64,000 nt of DNA from Heptranchias perlo (Eukaryota), in contig NC_090340.1 of assembly GCF_035084215.1 (NCBI RefSeq), positions 5,766,001 to 5,830,000 of the forward strand. The letters are read 5' to 3'. The position numbers and the translations under genes were made by a program. Shown here piece by piece: positions 1 through 11,269 of the stretch; position 1 is the stretch's first letter, and each line of letters begins with the position of its first letter. Under the pieces are notes generated by a model, which was not told the origin of the DNA, ran no database searches, and saw only the letters and a list, made by a program, of their open reading frames with translations.

Positions 1-88
1 CGCTTCACAATGCCAATTACGGTCAGGAAAATTATCAATCCTGCTCCCAGACAACCGAAAATCAACGGATAAGGAAGGTCATCATGCT
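1..88 (-). CDS. Exon 4 (transmembrane, truncated by the window edge) of the VJ-C1 Ig-superfamily receptor
   Basis: Minus-strand acceptor ctcgcag| at 89. Phase-1 translation (E)HDDLPYPLIFGCLGAGLIIFLTVIGIVKR gives ~20 hydrophobic residues followed by a KR stop-transfer, in frame with the C1 exon. Confidence 0.88.
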
Positions 89-203
89 CTGCGAGATTAA
101 TAATGAATATAGACGTCAGGTGTAAAATATATATAGCGTTATAGGATAGTAATAACTGGCAAATGATTCCAACTTTTTCACTTCTGCTTATCTTTTATAT
201 CGG

Positions 204-306
204 GGGAATATTTCCTCTGACGGTCCTATGTTAGATAAAAAGTAAATACAAGGGAATGTTTCCTATGACGGTTCTGTGTTAGAAACACAGTAAACACACG
301 GGATAT
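204..306. repeat. Degenerate 48-bp tandem repeat (~2.2 copies), intronic
   Basis: GGGAATRTTTCCT.TGACGGT.CT.TGTTAGA.A.A.AGTAAA.ACA units start at 204, 252 and 300. Confidence 0.7.
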
Positions 307-921
307 TTTTATTATCATTTACACTGATACGGCCAGTGAGTCCATGCATTGTCAAACCAGAGTAGCCTGACTCCTCCAACGGACATAGCCTTAAAATGTA
401 ACTTTGGTGTTAGTGTGACGTATGACGCAGGAGTTGGATTTAAGACCAATTCTCCACAGACAGTACTTAAGCAGTTGACTTAAAGTCGCAAACCTAGTGT
501 GAAGCTAATCAGGACACCAGACTAACCCATGAGTGAAGCTAAGGGATATATAAATATGAGTGCATGTATATCGTGGATCACCCATGGTATTACTGGCAAC
601 AAGTTAAAGCTTCTACTGTTGCAAGGGAGTGCAGATTTGAGGCGTGGAGACTATGACATGAATGTTTAGAAACATCAAATTGTTTCCTCAGAGACTGTAG
701 GTGGATAAATAATTGCCCCTCTTCACACATCAGATTACAACCTAATTCATCTCTGTATGCAAAATGTAAAGGAACAATGGCTCAGGACAGGGGCAACTCA
801 CTGGGACGAAATTGCAGATTAGGATCATATAATATCATAATTCTTTTTTGCTCCAGCAGTGTTTTAGGAGATAGTTGCAAAGTGGCAACGTTTTCAATTG
901 CAGATCAAATTTAGAGACAAT

Positions 922-1109
922 GGGAGCAACTTTAACTTTAACCGCTGAACGGGAAACTGATAAGGTCGAGTGCAACGGTGGATTTACACACTCCCATTTT
1001 ACTCTCAGTTGATAAAGTCAGTGAGAGTAAGATTGGGCATTGTGAGTAACCAGCATTCTACCCCGTCAAGTAGGTTTCCCACCAGGAGAGTTAGATGAAA
1101 ACTACTCCC
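922..1109. mobile_element. Palindromic MITE with 3-bp TSD (AAT), PIF/Harbinger-like
   Basis: Ends GGGAGCAACTTT...AAAACTACTCCC, internal inverted symmetry (GGGAAAC/GTTTCCC; TTACTCTCA/TGAGAGTAA), AAT on both flanks. Confidence 0.6.
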
Positions 1110-1300
1110 AATGTAATGATGGGGCATGGGTGACACAGGCCTAAAACTGGTACCGGCACATGCATGAGTAAGTATTCTCCAGAGATGGTGAGAAGAGTGA
1201 TTTAATTGTGGAAACGAAAATCGGCCTTACCCCAACCCTAATGCAACGTGCGGCTGGTCCATTATCGCTCAAAGTCAAAATGACCCCCAGTCTGTAACTT

Positions 1301-1432
1301 GGGGCAATTTTAACCTAACCAGCCTGTCGAGAAACTGACGGGATAGAATGAAGCGTTAGCTTTACACACTGCCGGTTTATAATCTCTATTAAATTCGTTG
1401 TCCCACCGGGTGAATGAGGGGGAAATTGTCCC
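1301..1432. mobile_element. Internally deleted MITE of a related family
   Basis: Terminal inverted GGGGCAATTT / AAATTGTCCC; left arm resembles 922-990. Confidence 0.5.
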
Positions 1433-2517
1433 TTCTGCATCAGAAAATACACGGATTTCTGCTTTACTAAACATGTGCCACATAAATAAACAGCCGCCTG
1501 CAGATAGTTAACTTCCTGGCCCAGTTGCTTCAGTTAATGTTCCAAAGGTCATGGTTTATGCTTTTGGTGCATTAATACAAAAATAACTTTCCATTCCTAG
1601 AAATAGCCCACCCGCTTGTGACGCCAGTGCTTTGCCATCCGTACAGGAGAGAGCGGTGGTTACAATCAAAAAACAACATTGCAGTCTGAATGGTTAGTGT
1701 CACCGTCAATCGCTAAAAGACCCTGGTCTATTAAGCGGGCCAACAAGTTCAAAATATCGTGCTGTTCATTTGACTTGAAGGCTAGTTTGCGGCGTGACAC
1801 TTGGTTTCATTTTAGGATCTTGAGGGTGAACATTGGTCTTGGGCGGTAGCGCAAAACGGGCGATGGAGAATCGGACGACTTTCTGTACTCCGCCCGAATT
1901 TCTTTTCAATTGACCTAAATCACTTTGTCCTTAAAGTGCCTCATAAAGTGATTCTGGACATTCTGCGAGTTGTAATCGACTACGTATTTGAGCTCTTCCT
2001 TCAAATGATAGAGTGACAGTCTAGGAAAGCCCGTGGCCAAAGCTTTCAGGTTTCTCAGCGTGGAACAAACAAATGACATTTTCTAGATACATTTAATCTT
2101 GATTTTGTGAATTTTATTCGGAACTTTTTACAAATTTGTTCCTTTAGAAATGATTCACATCATGAACTCATTGGCTTACTGGAAAGCAATATACTACCCA
2201 CTAAAAGACTTTCAATAATAATTTGTAACGCCTGGGACCCTTTAGGTTTCCCGACCTCCCTGCAGGATTGGTAGATTTAGAACTTAGTTATTTACCGTTT
2301 ATGTTCCCTCTCGACAATGCTATATTTTCACGACATGTCAAGCAATCAGAACCTGTGCTTCAGTGCAACCCGAAGCTGTGCTGCACAAAATGTGACGGCC
2401 CAAACCTATGCTGAACAGAAGACTGTTAAAACAGCTGTTTAAGGTAATGTCCATTGCACATAAGAATCACGTTTTCAAATGGCTAAAGCAAACTAACAAT
2501 TCATAGGTTGATCTTAC

Positions 2518-2823
2518 CCAAACTATAGAAAGTGTAGCTGATATTGGCTGGAATCTGGAGGGAAACATGAGACACCTGACAGGTATAAACCGTCCCGTTA
2601 TCCACGGGCTCTGTCTCATTCAGGTAGCTGGTAACCTCATACAGACCCGCTGGGTTGTGCCGTTTGAAATGCTCAATTCCGGTTACAAATTCTGATCCAT
2701 TTTTGTACCAAGTGATGTTCAGATCCTCCGGGGAAAACGCGGCCGTTTTACACACGAGAGTCAGATGAAGTGCTGAACCAATTTCAATCCGGGTGGCGGC
2801 CATCCAAAGAGGTGTCGGGGGCT
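2518..2823 (-). CDS. Exon 3, Ig C1-set domain of the VJ-C1 receptor
   Basis: Acceptor ttttttccag| and donor G|GTAAGA; 306 nt, phase 1-1. Contains LTLVCKTAAFSPEDLNITWYKNG (B-strand Cys, FxP, C-strand Trp) and YTCQVSHVSL (C1 signature CxVxHxSL). Confidence 0.95.
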
Positions 2824-3042
2824 CTGGAAAAAATGAAGCAAGCATTTGATTTTATATCGTGAATTGATTTGGCGAATCTGAAGCAAATTCCATCGCTGCA
2901 AGCCCGATAAAGGAGTTAATGAAACCACAATGGCCCTTCAGCGCTATATTATAACCAGCTCAATGTGTCTTAAAAGCGCATTTGCTGTATTTTATGAGTG
3001 TCAGTGAACAATACAAATTAGCGCGTATTCCAGAAAAATCGA

Positions 3043-4035
3043 TGTTGGGACCATTATTGTTCACTATTTACATAAACGATTTGGAATCCGGAATCGGAAG
3101 TACAATTTCAAAATTGGCGAACGACACCAGATTGGGGGCATAGTTATTTCTGAGGATGACTGCAACAAAATCCAGGAATACATTAATAAAGATTGCAGAA
3201 CTTGTAATTGGCAAATGAATTTCAATATAGATAAGTGTGATGTGGTAGATTTTGGTAGGAAGAATAAGGAGGCCGATTAGTCCTTGGAAAATAAGTGCCT
3301 GTATGGGGTATCAGAGCAGAGAGATCTGGGGGTACAGATACAACAAACTCTAAAACTAGCCACGCCGGTTAATAAAGCCATAAAAAATGTAACAAAGCAC
3401 TGGGGTTCATTCCTGGAGGGATAGTATTGAAAAGTAGAGAAGTTATGTTAAACTTTTATAGACCTTAGTGAGAGTACACTAGGGGTACTGTGAACATTTC
3501 TGATCTTCATATCATAAAAAAAGGGCGTAGAGACACTGGAGAAGGTGCAAAACAGCTTTACTAGGGTGATATCAGAACAGAGAGGTTATACGTATCAGGA
3601 ACGATTGAACAGGCTGGGGTTCTTTTCTCTAGAACAGAGAAGACTGAAGGGTGACCTGATAGAAGTTTTTTAAGATTATGAAAGGGTGCGATAGGTTGAC
3701 CTAGAGAAAAGGTTTCTACTTTCGGGGGAGGCCACGGTAGGGGCCATAAGTATAAGATAGTCACTTATAAATCCAATAGGGAATTCGGGAGAAATTTCTT
3801 TACCTAGAGAGTGGTTAAAATGTGGAAAACGCTACCACAAGGTGTAGCTGAGGCATAGATGCATTGAAGGGTAAGCTAGATAAACACATGATAGAGAAAG
3901 TAATAGAAGGATATGTTGAAGAGGTTAGATGAAGAAGGGTGGGAGGAGGCTCGTGTGGAGCATAAACACCAGCATGGACCCGATAGGCCGTATGGCCTGT
4001 TTCGGTGCTATACATTCTTTGTAATTCTATGTAAT
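3043..4035 (+). mobile_element. 5'-truncated CR1 LINE in the V-C1 intron, antisense to the gene
   Basis: LGPLLFTIYINDL...ISKLANDT RT motif, degraded C-terminal motifs and a CR1-type short-repeat 3' tail. Confidence 0.85.
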
Positions 4036-5765
4036 AAGAAAGGGAACCAGTAAAGATTTCCTTAGACAAAGGTTAGATTTTTTTGAAACTTCTAAGGACA
4101 ACAGATTATATTTATGTAGGGCCTTTAGCATATCGCATCACAGAGGCTGAATCAAACGAAATGATACCTTAGCCCCTCCATCGGCCAACTATCATCAGTT
4201 TCATCTGCGAAATAGAATAACTACGTTCTTGCAGCGTCTTACCATCTTGTCCAAACTTTCCGAAGTACTTAATGCATGTATTACCTCATTGTTGTGCGGT
4301 CCAAAGCAACAATGAGATGTTTGGCTCTTCAAAAAGATTTTTTTAAAGGATGATTGTTGGCTGTGGGATCCTTAGCGCCTCATCCATGGAAAGGTCTCTC
4401 CGACAACATAACATTGAACCAGTAGTGAAGCACCAACGCACAATTATCTAACTCAGATGTAATAAATTGTGCCGAGCTCGCACTCATCAAAGTAAAATCA
4501 ATGGATTGTAAATTAAATCAAAGTCCAATCTACAAGTCTGAGTAAATGTAATCCCATCTGTTTCAACAATACTCTGGCCTTGCGGCGGCCAAATGTGGAT
4601 ACAAGGTCCAATACAAAAATTAGACACAAAATCTATGACAATGACGCATTACCCGATGGATTGCTGCATTGTAACATATGCCCTCTTTCCAATGTGGTTA
4701 TATTCTGTACCTCTCTTCCCCATCTGATCGCCATTAAAGATCTATCGCGCTATGCGACTCCGAGGAGCAAGCTCGCAGCCGATAGTGACTCCCTCAGACC
4801 ACGAAACTAGTCTGACTAGTAATACATTTGCTTGCTGTTTGTCGGACCTTGCTGTGGGAAAAACAGCCACGCGTTTGCCGGTTCAGCAACAGAGACCATA
4901 TTTTCAAATAATTAGTTGTATGTGAAATATATTTTCGACATTTTGAAAGCTCAGATTAATCGTTACATATTAATTGTGTGATTCTGTTTTCGAGTCTAAG
5001 ATCAAGGTGCTCTGATATTTCGCAACATGTAAAAAGAGTGATACCCACATCGAGTAAATGTGACAAGTGACATCTTCGATCTGTAAAGTGACACTAGTTA
5101 CAAGAACATGGAGCTCATTTTAATGAGCGGCATATATCAAAATAGACTGCAATGAGAGATCAAAACGAGTGATTAACACTTGGCTGGTCATGTTTGAACG
5201 AAGCAAAGAAACTCGGAAATCTAATTTATCCAGACTAACAAAGCTTCCTGCAATTGTTTTCTCTTTATGTTCTTTCAATTCCCTTTCTGATTCAAATATC
5301 ATTTATTTTTCATCCACGTAAATTAAGATACCAGGGCAACATTCAAAATGTGACCTCTGATAATTTACCGGTTATTTTGTGAATGTATAGTTATTCAATT
5401 GATAACTTGTACATCTTTTATTTCTGAGTAATAACTGGAAAATATAACTTGACATTTATATTCGCGTTTAGTGTTGAGAGAACTCCTCAAATAAAGGGCG
5501 AAAACTTAAGCAGCAGGAGTAGAAAATTAAAAATATTTTTCGAAACCATACAGTAACAAAGATCGCATTTCAAAATGACTGTTTAATCCATGAGCCACAG
5601 CGAGGGAATGATCTGTCTGAACCTTATGCTTTCTATATCTTCTCAGTCAGGCGTTATTAAATCGACTGTCATTCTGCAGTGTATAGGCGGCAGAGCTTTG
5701 TAATTATTTCCCATATGCGTCACCGAAATTGGCGGATTCCGATTGTCCATCACCATGACACTCAC

Positions 5766-6077
5766 CGTAAACAACAAGCTTTGTGCCGGTTCCATTTAGA
5801 ACCGTCAGGTGTATCACTCTGCAGTAATAGAGCCCCGCGTCCTCGGCTCTCACAGATACCAGCTTAAAAGCAGCTCCCCCGTTGTTTAGGAAATAAAACC
5901 GGATTCTGCTGTCTGCACTTTCCTCCAAGAATCCATCCTCCCCGTCTCTCCACCAATGCACTTTCACTGGTCTCTTGTCGGTGAAGATGGGATATATACA
6001 ATATAGAGTAACGGCGCCGCCGCTCCTCACTGCGGAATCAGGAGCTTGTTTCACGGTTGGCGAAGGATTGCCAGCAG
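5766..6077 (-). CDS. Exon 2, germline-joined VJ-type Ig V-set domain (NKp30/NCR3-like)
   Basis: Acceptor ctttgttcgacag| and donor TACG|GTGAGT; 312 nt, phase 1-1. Contains VTLYC, VHWWRDG, EDAGLYYCRV and a J-like G strand NGTGTKLVV within the same exon. Confidence 0.95.
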
Positions 6078-6290
6078 CTGTCGAACAAAGGTTTAAACGC
6101 AACATTAAAACAGAAGCAGAAAATGAAATAGGGAAGCTCAATACAATAAAGGAAATTCTAAGATACAAAGAAACACTGGAAATAAACAGATAATAAAAAT
6201 GCGCAGAATGAGCGCCGTAAATAATATTAATCAATTAAGGAGATGAAACGGTGTTTATAATTAGGAAAGAGCGCTGAAAAATAAATTTAC

Positions 6291-6342
6291 CGGTGCAGCT
6301 GATCTTCAGAAGGATCATGCACTGAAGCACGGCTCTCAGCAT
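6291..6342 (-). CDS. Exon 1, signal peptide MLRAVLQCMILLKISCT
   Basis: ATG at 6342-6340, 17 codons plus 1 nt, donor ACCG|GTAAAT. A 213-nt phase-1 intron joins it in frame to the V exon. Confidence 0.85.
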
Positions 6343-6444
6343 CTTGACTGGTTAAATTGAAGTGATCGTTTTGATTAAAATAAATAATGAACAAAGGATT
6401 AGAGGTAAATAACCCGAGGATGTCTGGTTTCTCGTGGGCGTATC

Positions 6445-6530
6445 AGCACGTGAGTTTAGATGATAGATAAGATTTCTATCTGTGCAATGACCATAAGCAA
6501 CTTGAACCATCCGCAGTACGCATGATAACT
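6445..6530. promoter_or_regulatory. Candidate proximal promoter: E-box plus clustered GATA sites
   Basis: CACGTG at 6447-6452, TGATAG/AGATAA at 6461-6470, CTATCT ~6476, TGATAA ~6523; 100-190 nt upstream of the ATG. Confidence 0.35.
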
Positions 6531-7198
6531 GCTGAAAATGCTAATTTCAAAGGACACCCTGTTGGTTATTTCCACAACGGCTGTGACAACTCGGAATGTT
6601 TTTCATGAACTGTTGCAAAGGTTCTATGGCAGGTAATTTGTTGTCGGTATGTGTTGGTGGACATGAATAACCATAAACCCTGTCCTACTTGCACGGATCA
6701 CCCTGTCTGTCCCAGAATAAGGCAATTTTCTGTGTGTACTAGTCAACATTCTTCTCTCAACCAACAAGAGAATAAACTGATTAACTGCTCATCCACATTT
6801 CGCTGTTGTGGTATTCCGCACCAACTGTATTCAATGTGTGAAACGTTTTCAGATGTCAGTGCCACTAAATATTACCTGAGTAAATGCAAGCCTCTCTTAT
6901 CAATCTTGTGGGCCATTGCCAAATTATGATATCTGAACTTAACGTGACAGAAATAATTATTCTCTCAATCTAATAATGCGTCTTTCCTCAGACATTCAAT
7001 CAGGCGACAAAGGAATTGGTCAGGAAGGCGTTGACTGAGCCGCTGAAAGTGCCGAATAGAATATTCCTTTCACCCATTCCCCAGGGAGGAAAGCGGATAA
7101 GGAAGATCAACTCTTGAGCACATATTTAAGCCGTCTTGACCTCAGTGACAGGACCGTGGAAAAATTAAACACAGTCGTTCTTATGTAGTATAACATTT

Positions 7199-7467
7199 TG
7201 GGGAGTAAAATTGGACATCTGGTGGCGGGGCCAAACGGGCACTCAGTATTACCTGTTTTGCGAAGTTGCCGAAGACCAATTTCACTCCACTCCCACTGAG
7301 TCACAATGTAGGAGGAGTTGCATTCCTTAACTCGTTATATGTAAGGTATTCGGAATTGTACGCGAAAATGATATAAGATTGAAAAGAAAATCGGACGGAG
7401 CATATAACGGGCGGCCGATCCGCTACTGCCTGTTTTACACCTCCGCCGAGGTTGCATATTACCTCCA
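7199..7467. mobile_element. Degraded MITE-family fragments
   Basis: GGAGTAAAATTGG...CCAATTTCACTCC inverted ends and AACGGGC/CTGTTTTACAC motifs shared with other MITE copies in the window. Confidence 0.45.
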
Positions 7468-7584
7468 ATGTCTCCATTTTCGACGGCAGTAACTGTTTTT
7501 CTCAAGAGGGTTCAACTATAATGGGGAGGACGTTATGTTTAAATAATAAAGAGCCTAGGTCGGACCCCATGTGGAATATTGCAT

Positions 7585-8072
7585 TCAGCTCTGGGCAACC
7601 CACCTCAGGTAGACTTTATTGGCCTCAGAGGGGATTCAGCTCAGATTTACTAAAATTATACCGGCGTTATAGGGATAATTTAGGAGGACAGGTTGATTAA
7701 CTTCGGTTGTATTCCCTTGAATTTAGACAGTTGAGTGTTAATATAATTGAGTGTGTTTGAAATGATAAAGGAACTCGATAGGGTGATACAGAGAAATTAT
7801 TTCCACCGATAAGGAAATCCAGTAGGGGGCACAATCCCAAAATTAGGTCTGGACCATTCAGGGGTGAAATCAAGAGGATGGAGAAATGGTGGTATTCTCT
7901 CCGCAAAAGGCTGTGGCCATTGATATTTTCAAGACTGAGATCGAAGAATATTATTGGAGAAGGGTATCAAGGGATATGGATCAAAGGGCTGTACTTGAGT
8001 GAGGTGTAAATCAGCCATGAACTGGTAAATGGAACAGTTTTGAATGGCCTGTTCCTATTCTTGTGTTCCTGT
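7585..8072 (+). mobile_element. CR1 3' fragment
   Basis: Degraded ORF2 C-terminus (YSLEFR..., TRGH-like segment) and CR1 3' UTR ending CCTATTCTTGTGTTCCTGTG. Confidence 0.75.
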
Positions 8073-9019
8073 GTCTCCTCTTGAAGTGAGATTTCTGATT
8101 ATATCACCGACTTATGAGTAATTCTATACTAAGACCTGACCGCACTTCTCACTTGCTTGACACTGTCCTAATTTATAGTCCACCGGAGATCTGCACAAAA
8201 ATGATGGTATGTCCTTTTGGTGCGGATTGGTTTCAACCCGAGTCGCTGGCAAATAAAAATGTTATTATTCTCGGTTGTCTTCTTGTGCCCTAACACATGC
8301 ATTTTATTGAACAGATTTTAAGTGTCTGGCGCCTATTCCTTTTTACGAACGACAGGAAATTATTTTAGTTTCAGTGAACTGTAATGCATTATTGGCAAGC
8401 CGATCCTTCCACATTAATAACCCATGTAACGACTTTCACGCAGACAGAGTAAGTTCGCTAGCATATAGTTCATAACATATATAAACCTGAATCAAACATG
8501 TGGTCATTAGATTACAAGTACAAAAGGCAATGGGCAATTCAACAAGAGCGGAAACACAAGCAACTGATAACCGGAGTGTGAGTTTCCACTGCGTCACAGA
8601 CGAGTTCAGTATACAATACTGAAGCCGCGGTTTCCAAAACCAGACAATTGTCATGACTCGTATTCATGTTGAAATATGGATGAAATCCGGTCACACATCC
8701 GAATCTTTCGTACAATGATAACGAAACTCGCCTGAAATTTTAGAATGCTGTTCAGTTACTTTTATTTTTAGACAATTAAGGTAAACTAAGTATCTTAAAC
8801 ACCAATATTGAAAAGAGTTGTCACTTTAAATCTTCACTGCGTGAGCTTTGATGTGTGATATTATAACTAACTTGCTTAATGATGTGAGAAAGTATTTTGA
8901 CCCCCATTATATTTTCCCCTCCCCACTCCTTCCCTCCCTCCTAAATATGCTAAATTGTAATGAACACGGTTCCAGGGACCATAATAGGCTTCGGCACGTT
9001 CTCCCTGTGACCATTTGTC

Positions 9020-11269
9020 ATATGTAAAAGGAGAATCCGAGAGCGAGAGGAGAGTCCGAGAGGTGAGCGCAGTGTAAAAGGACAGTCCAAGGGTGGGAGG
9101 AGAGTCCGAGACGTGAGCGCAGTGTAAAAGGAGAGTCCGAGCGGTGAATGCAGTGTAAATCTAAGGCAAGTCATGTCAGCAGAGCTCACACCCGTGATAT
9201 GCTCCTCCTGCACTATGTGGGAAGTCATGGACACTACCGGTGTCCCTGGCGACCATGTGTGCATGAAGTGTGTGCAGCTGCAGCTACTGTCTAACCGCAT
9301 TTCGGAGCTGGAGCTGCAGGTGGATTTACTGTGGAGCATCTGCAATGCTGAGATTATCGTGGATAGCATGTTCAGTGAGGTGGTCACACCATAGGTAGAG
9401 ATTACACAGGCAGAAAGGAAAGGGGTCACCGCCAGGCAGAGTAAAAGCGCTAGGCAGGTAGAGCAGGTGTCCCCTTGGGTCATCTTCCTCTCAAACAGAT
9501 ATACCGCTTTGGATACTGCTGGGAGAGGTGGCTTATCAGGGGAAAGCAGCAAGAGCCAAGTTCGTGGCACCACGGATGGCTCTGCTACACAGGAGGGGAG
9601 GAATAAGAGTGGCAGGGCTATATTGATAGGGAATTCAATTGTAAGAGGAACAGATAGGTGTTTCTGCGGACGCAAACATGACTCCAGGATGGTATGGTGC
9701 CTCCCTGGTGCTAGGATAAAGGATGTCACAGAGCGGCTGCAGGGCATTCTGGAGGGGGAGGGTGAACAGCCAGTTGTCATGGTCCACATCGGTGCCAACG
9801 ATATAGGTAAAATAAAAGGGATGAGGTCCTGCAAGGTGAATTTAAGGAGTTAGGAGAAAAATTAAAAAGCAGGAACTCAAAGGTAGTGATCTCAGGATTA
9901 CTACCAGTGCCACGTGCTAGTGAGTATAGGAACAGGAGAATAGACCAGATCAATGCGTGGCTGCAGGGACGGTGTGGGAGGGAGGGATTTAGAAGGTGGG
10001 ACCTGTACGAGCCGGACGGGTTACAACCGAGCAAGACCGGGATCGATGTTCTCGCGGGGGTGTTTGCTCGTGGTATTGGGGAAGTTTTAACCTAGAATGG
10101 CAGGGGGATGGGAACCTGAACAAGGAGACAGAGGAGGAGGAAACAAGGATAGAAACAAAAGACAGAAAGGGAAGAAGCAATAATGAAAGGCAGAGAAAAC
10201 AAGGGCGAAAAACAGATAGGCCATAGCGCAAAATAGAACTAAGATGACTAGCAATCTTAAAAAGACAAGTCTAAAGGCATTGTGTCTTAATGCGTGGAGC
10301 ATTCGCAATAAGCTAGATGAATTAATAGCGCAGATAGATATCAACGGTTATAATGTAGACATGGCTGCAGGGCGACCAAGTATGGGAACTGAACATCCAG
10401 AGATATTCAATATTTAGAAGGGACAGGGAAAAGGGGAAAGGAGGTGGGGTAGCGTTGTTCATAAAGGAGGAAATCAATGCAATAGTGAGGAAGGATCTTG
10501 GATCGGAAAATCACGATGTGGATTCTGTAAGGGTGGAGCTAAGAAACACCAAGGGGCAGAAAACGTTGCTGGAGGTTGTTTATAGGCCCACAAACAGTCG
10601 TGGAGATGTAGGAGAGGGCATTAGACAGGACATTAGAGATGCATGCAAGAAGGGTAGAACTTTAATCATGGGGTGACTTTAATTTATAAATAGATTGGTC
10701 AAACCAAATTAGCAATACTACTTTCGGGGAGGAATTCCTGGAGTGTGTACGTGATGGTTTTCTAGACGAATACGTTGAGGAACCAACTAGAGAACAGGCG
10801 ATCCTGGGCTGGGTATTGGGTAATGAGAAAGGATTAATTAACATTCTTGTTGTGCGGGGTCCCTTAGGGAAGAGTGACCATAACATGAGAGAATTCTTCA
10901 TTAAGATGGCGAGTGATGTAGTTGAACCCGAAACTCGGGTCCTGAATCTAAATAAAGGACATTACGAAAGTATGAGGTTCGAGTTGGCTATGATAGGTTG
11001 GGGAACTTTACTAAAAGAGATGACGGTGGATAGGCTAATATTTAAAGAAAGTGTGCAGGAATTACAACAATTATTCATTCCTGTCTGGTGCAAAAAATAA
11101 AACAGGAAAGGAGGCTCAACCGTGGCTTACAAAAGAAATTTGGGATAGTATTAGATCCAAAGAGGAGACATGTAAAATTGCCACAAAAAGTGGCAAGCCT
11201 GAGGATTATAAAAGGTGTGAAAACATAACACTTGGAGGGCATTAAAGGGATTTGACAAAGTCAGCATGG
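9020..11269 (+). mobile_element. CR1 copy 1, 5' part: 5' UTR repeats, ORF1 (zinc finger/zipper/SGNH esterase) and APE endonuclease
   Basis: CSSCTMWE...CMKC, ILIGNSIVRG, VHIGANDI; APE motifs LNAWSIRNK, VVYRP, MGDFN, SDH. A ~50-bp unit repeats at 9023, 9074 and 9124. Stops, frameshifts and an internal deletion near 11210. Confidence 0.92.

Noticed and set aside
5766-6077. Rearranging Ig/TCR V segment
   Set aside because: The G strand is in the same exon, no heptamer/nonamer RSS flanks it, the J motif is NGTG rather than FGxG/WGxG, and the TM has no charged residue.
5704-6234. 176-aa ORF as a single-exon gene with a hydrophobic N-terminus
   Set aside because: The N-terminal part is translated pyrimidine-rich intron and the C-terminal part runs past a GTGAGT donor; the real exon is 5766-6077.
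8950-9834. 294-aa minus-strand ORF (also the 330-aa ORF at 15635-16627)
   Set aside because: Antisense shadow of CR1 ORF1 with no recognisable domain; the similarity between the two follows from the shared element.
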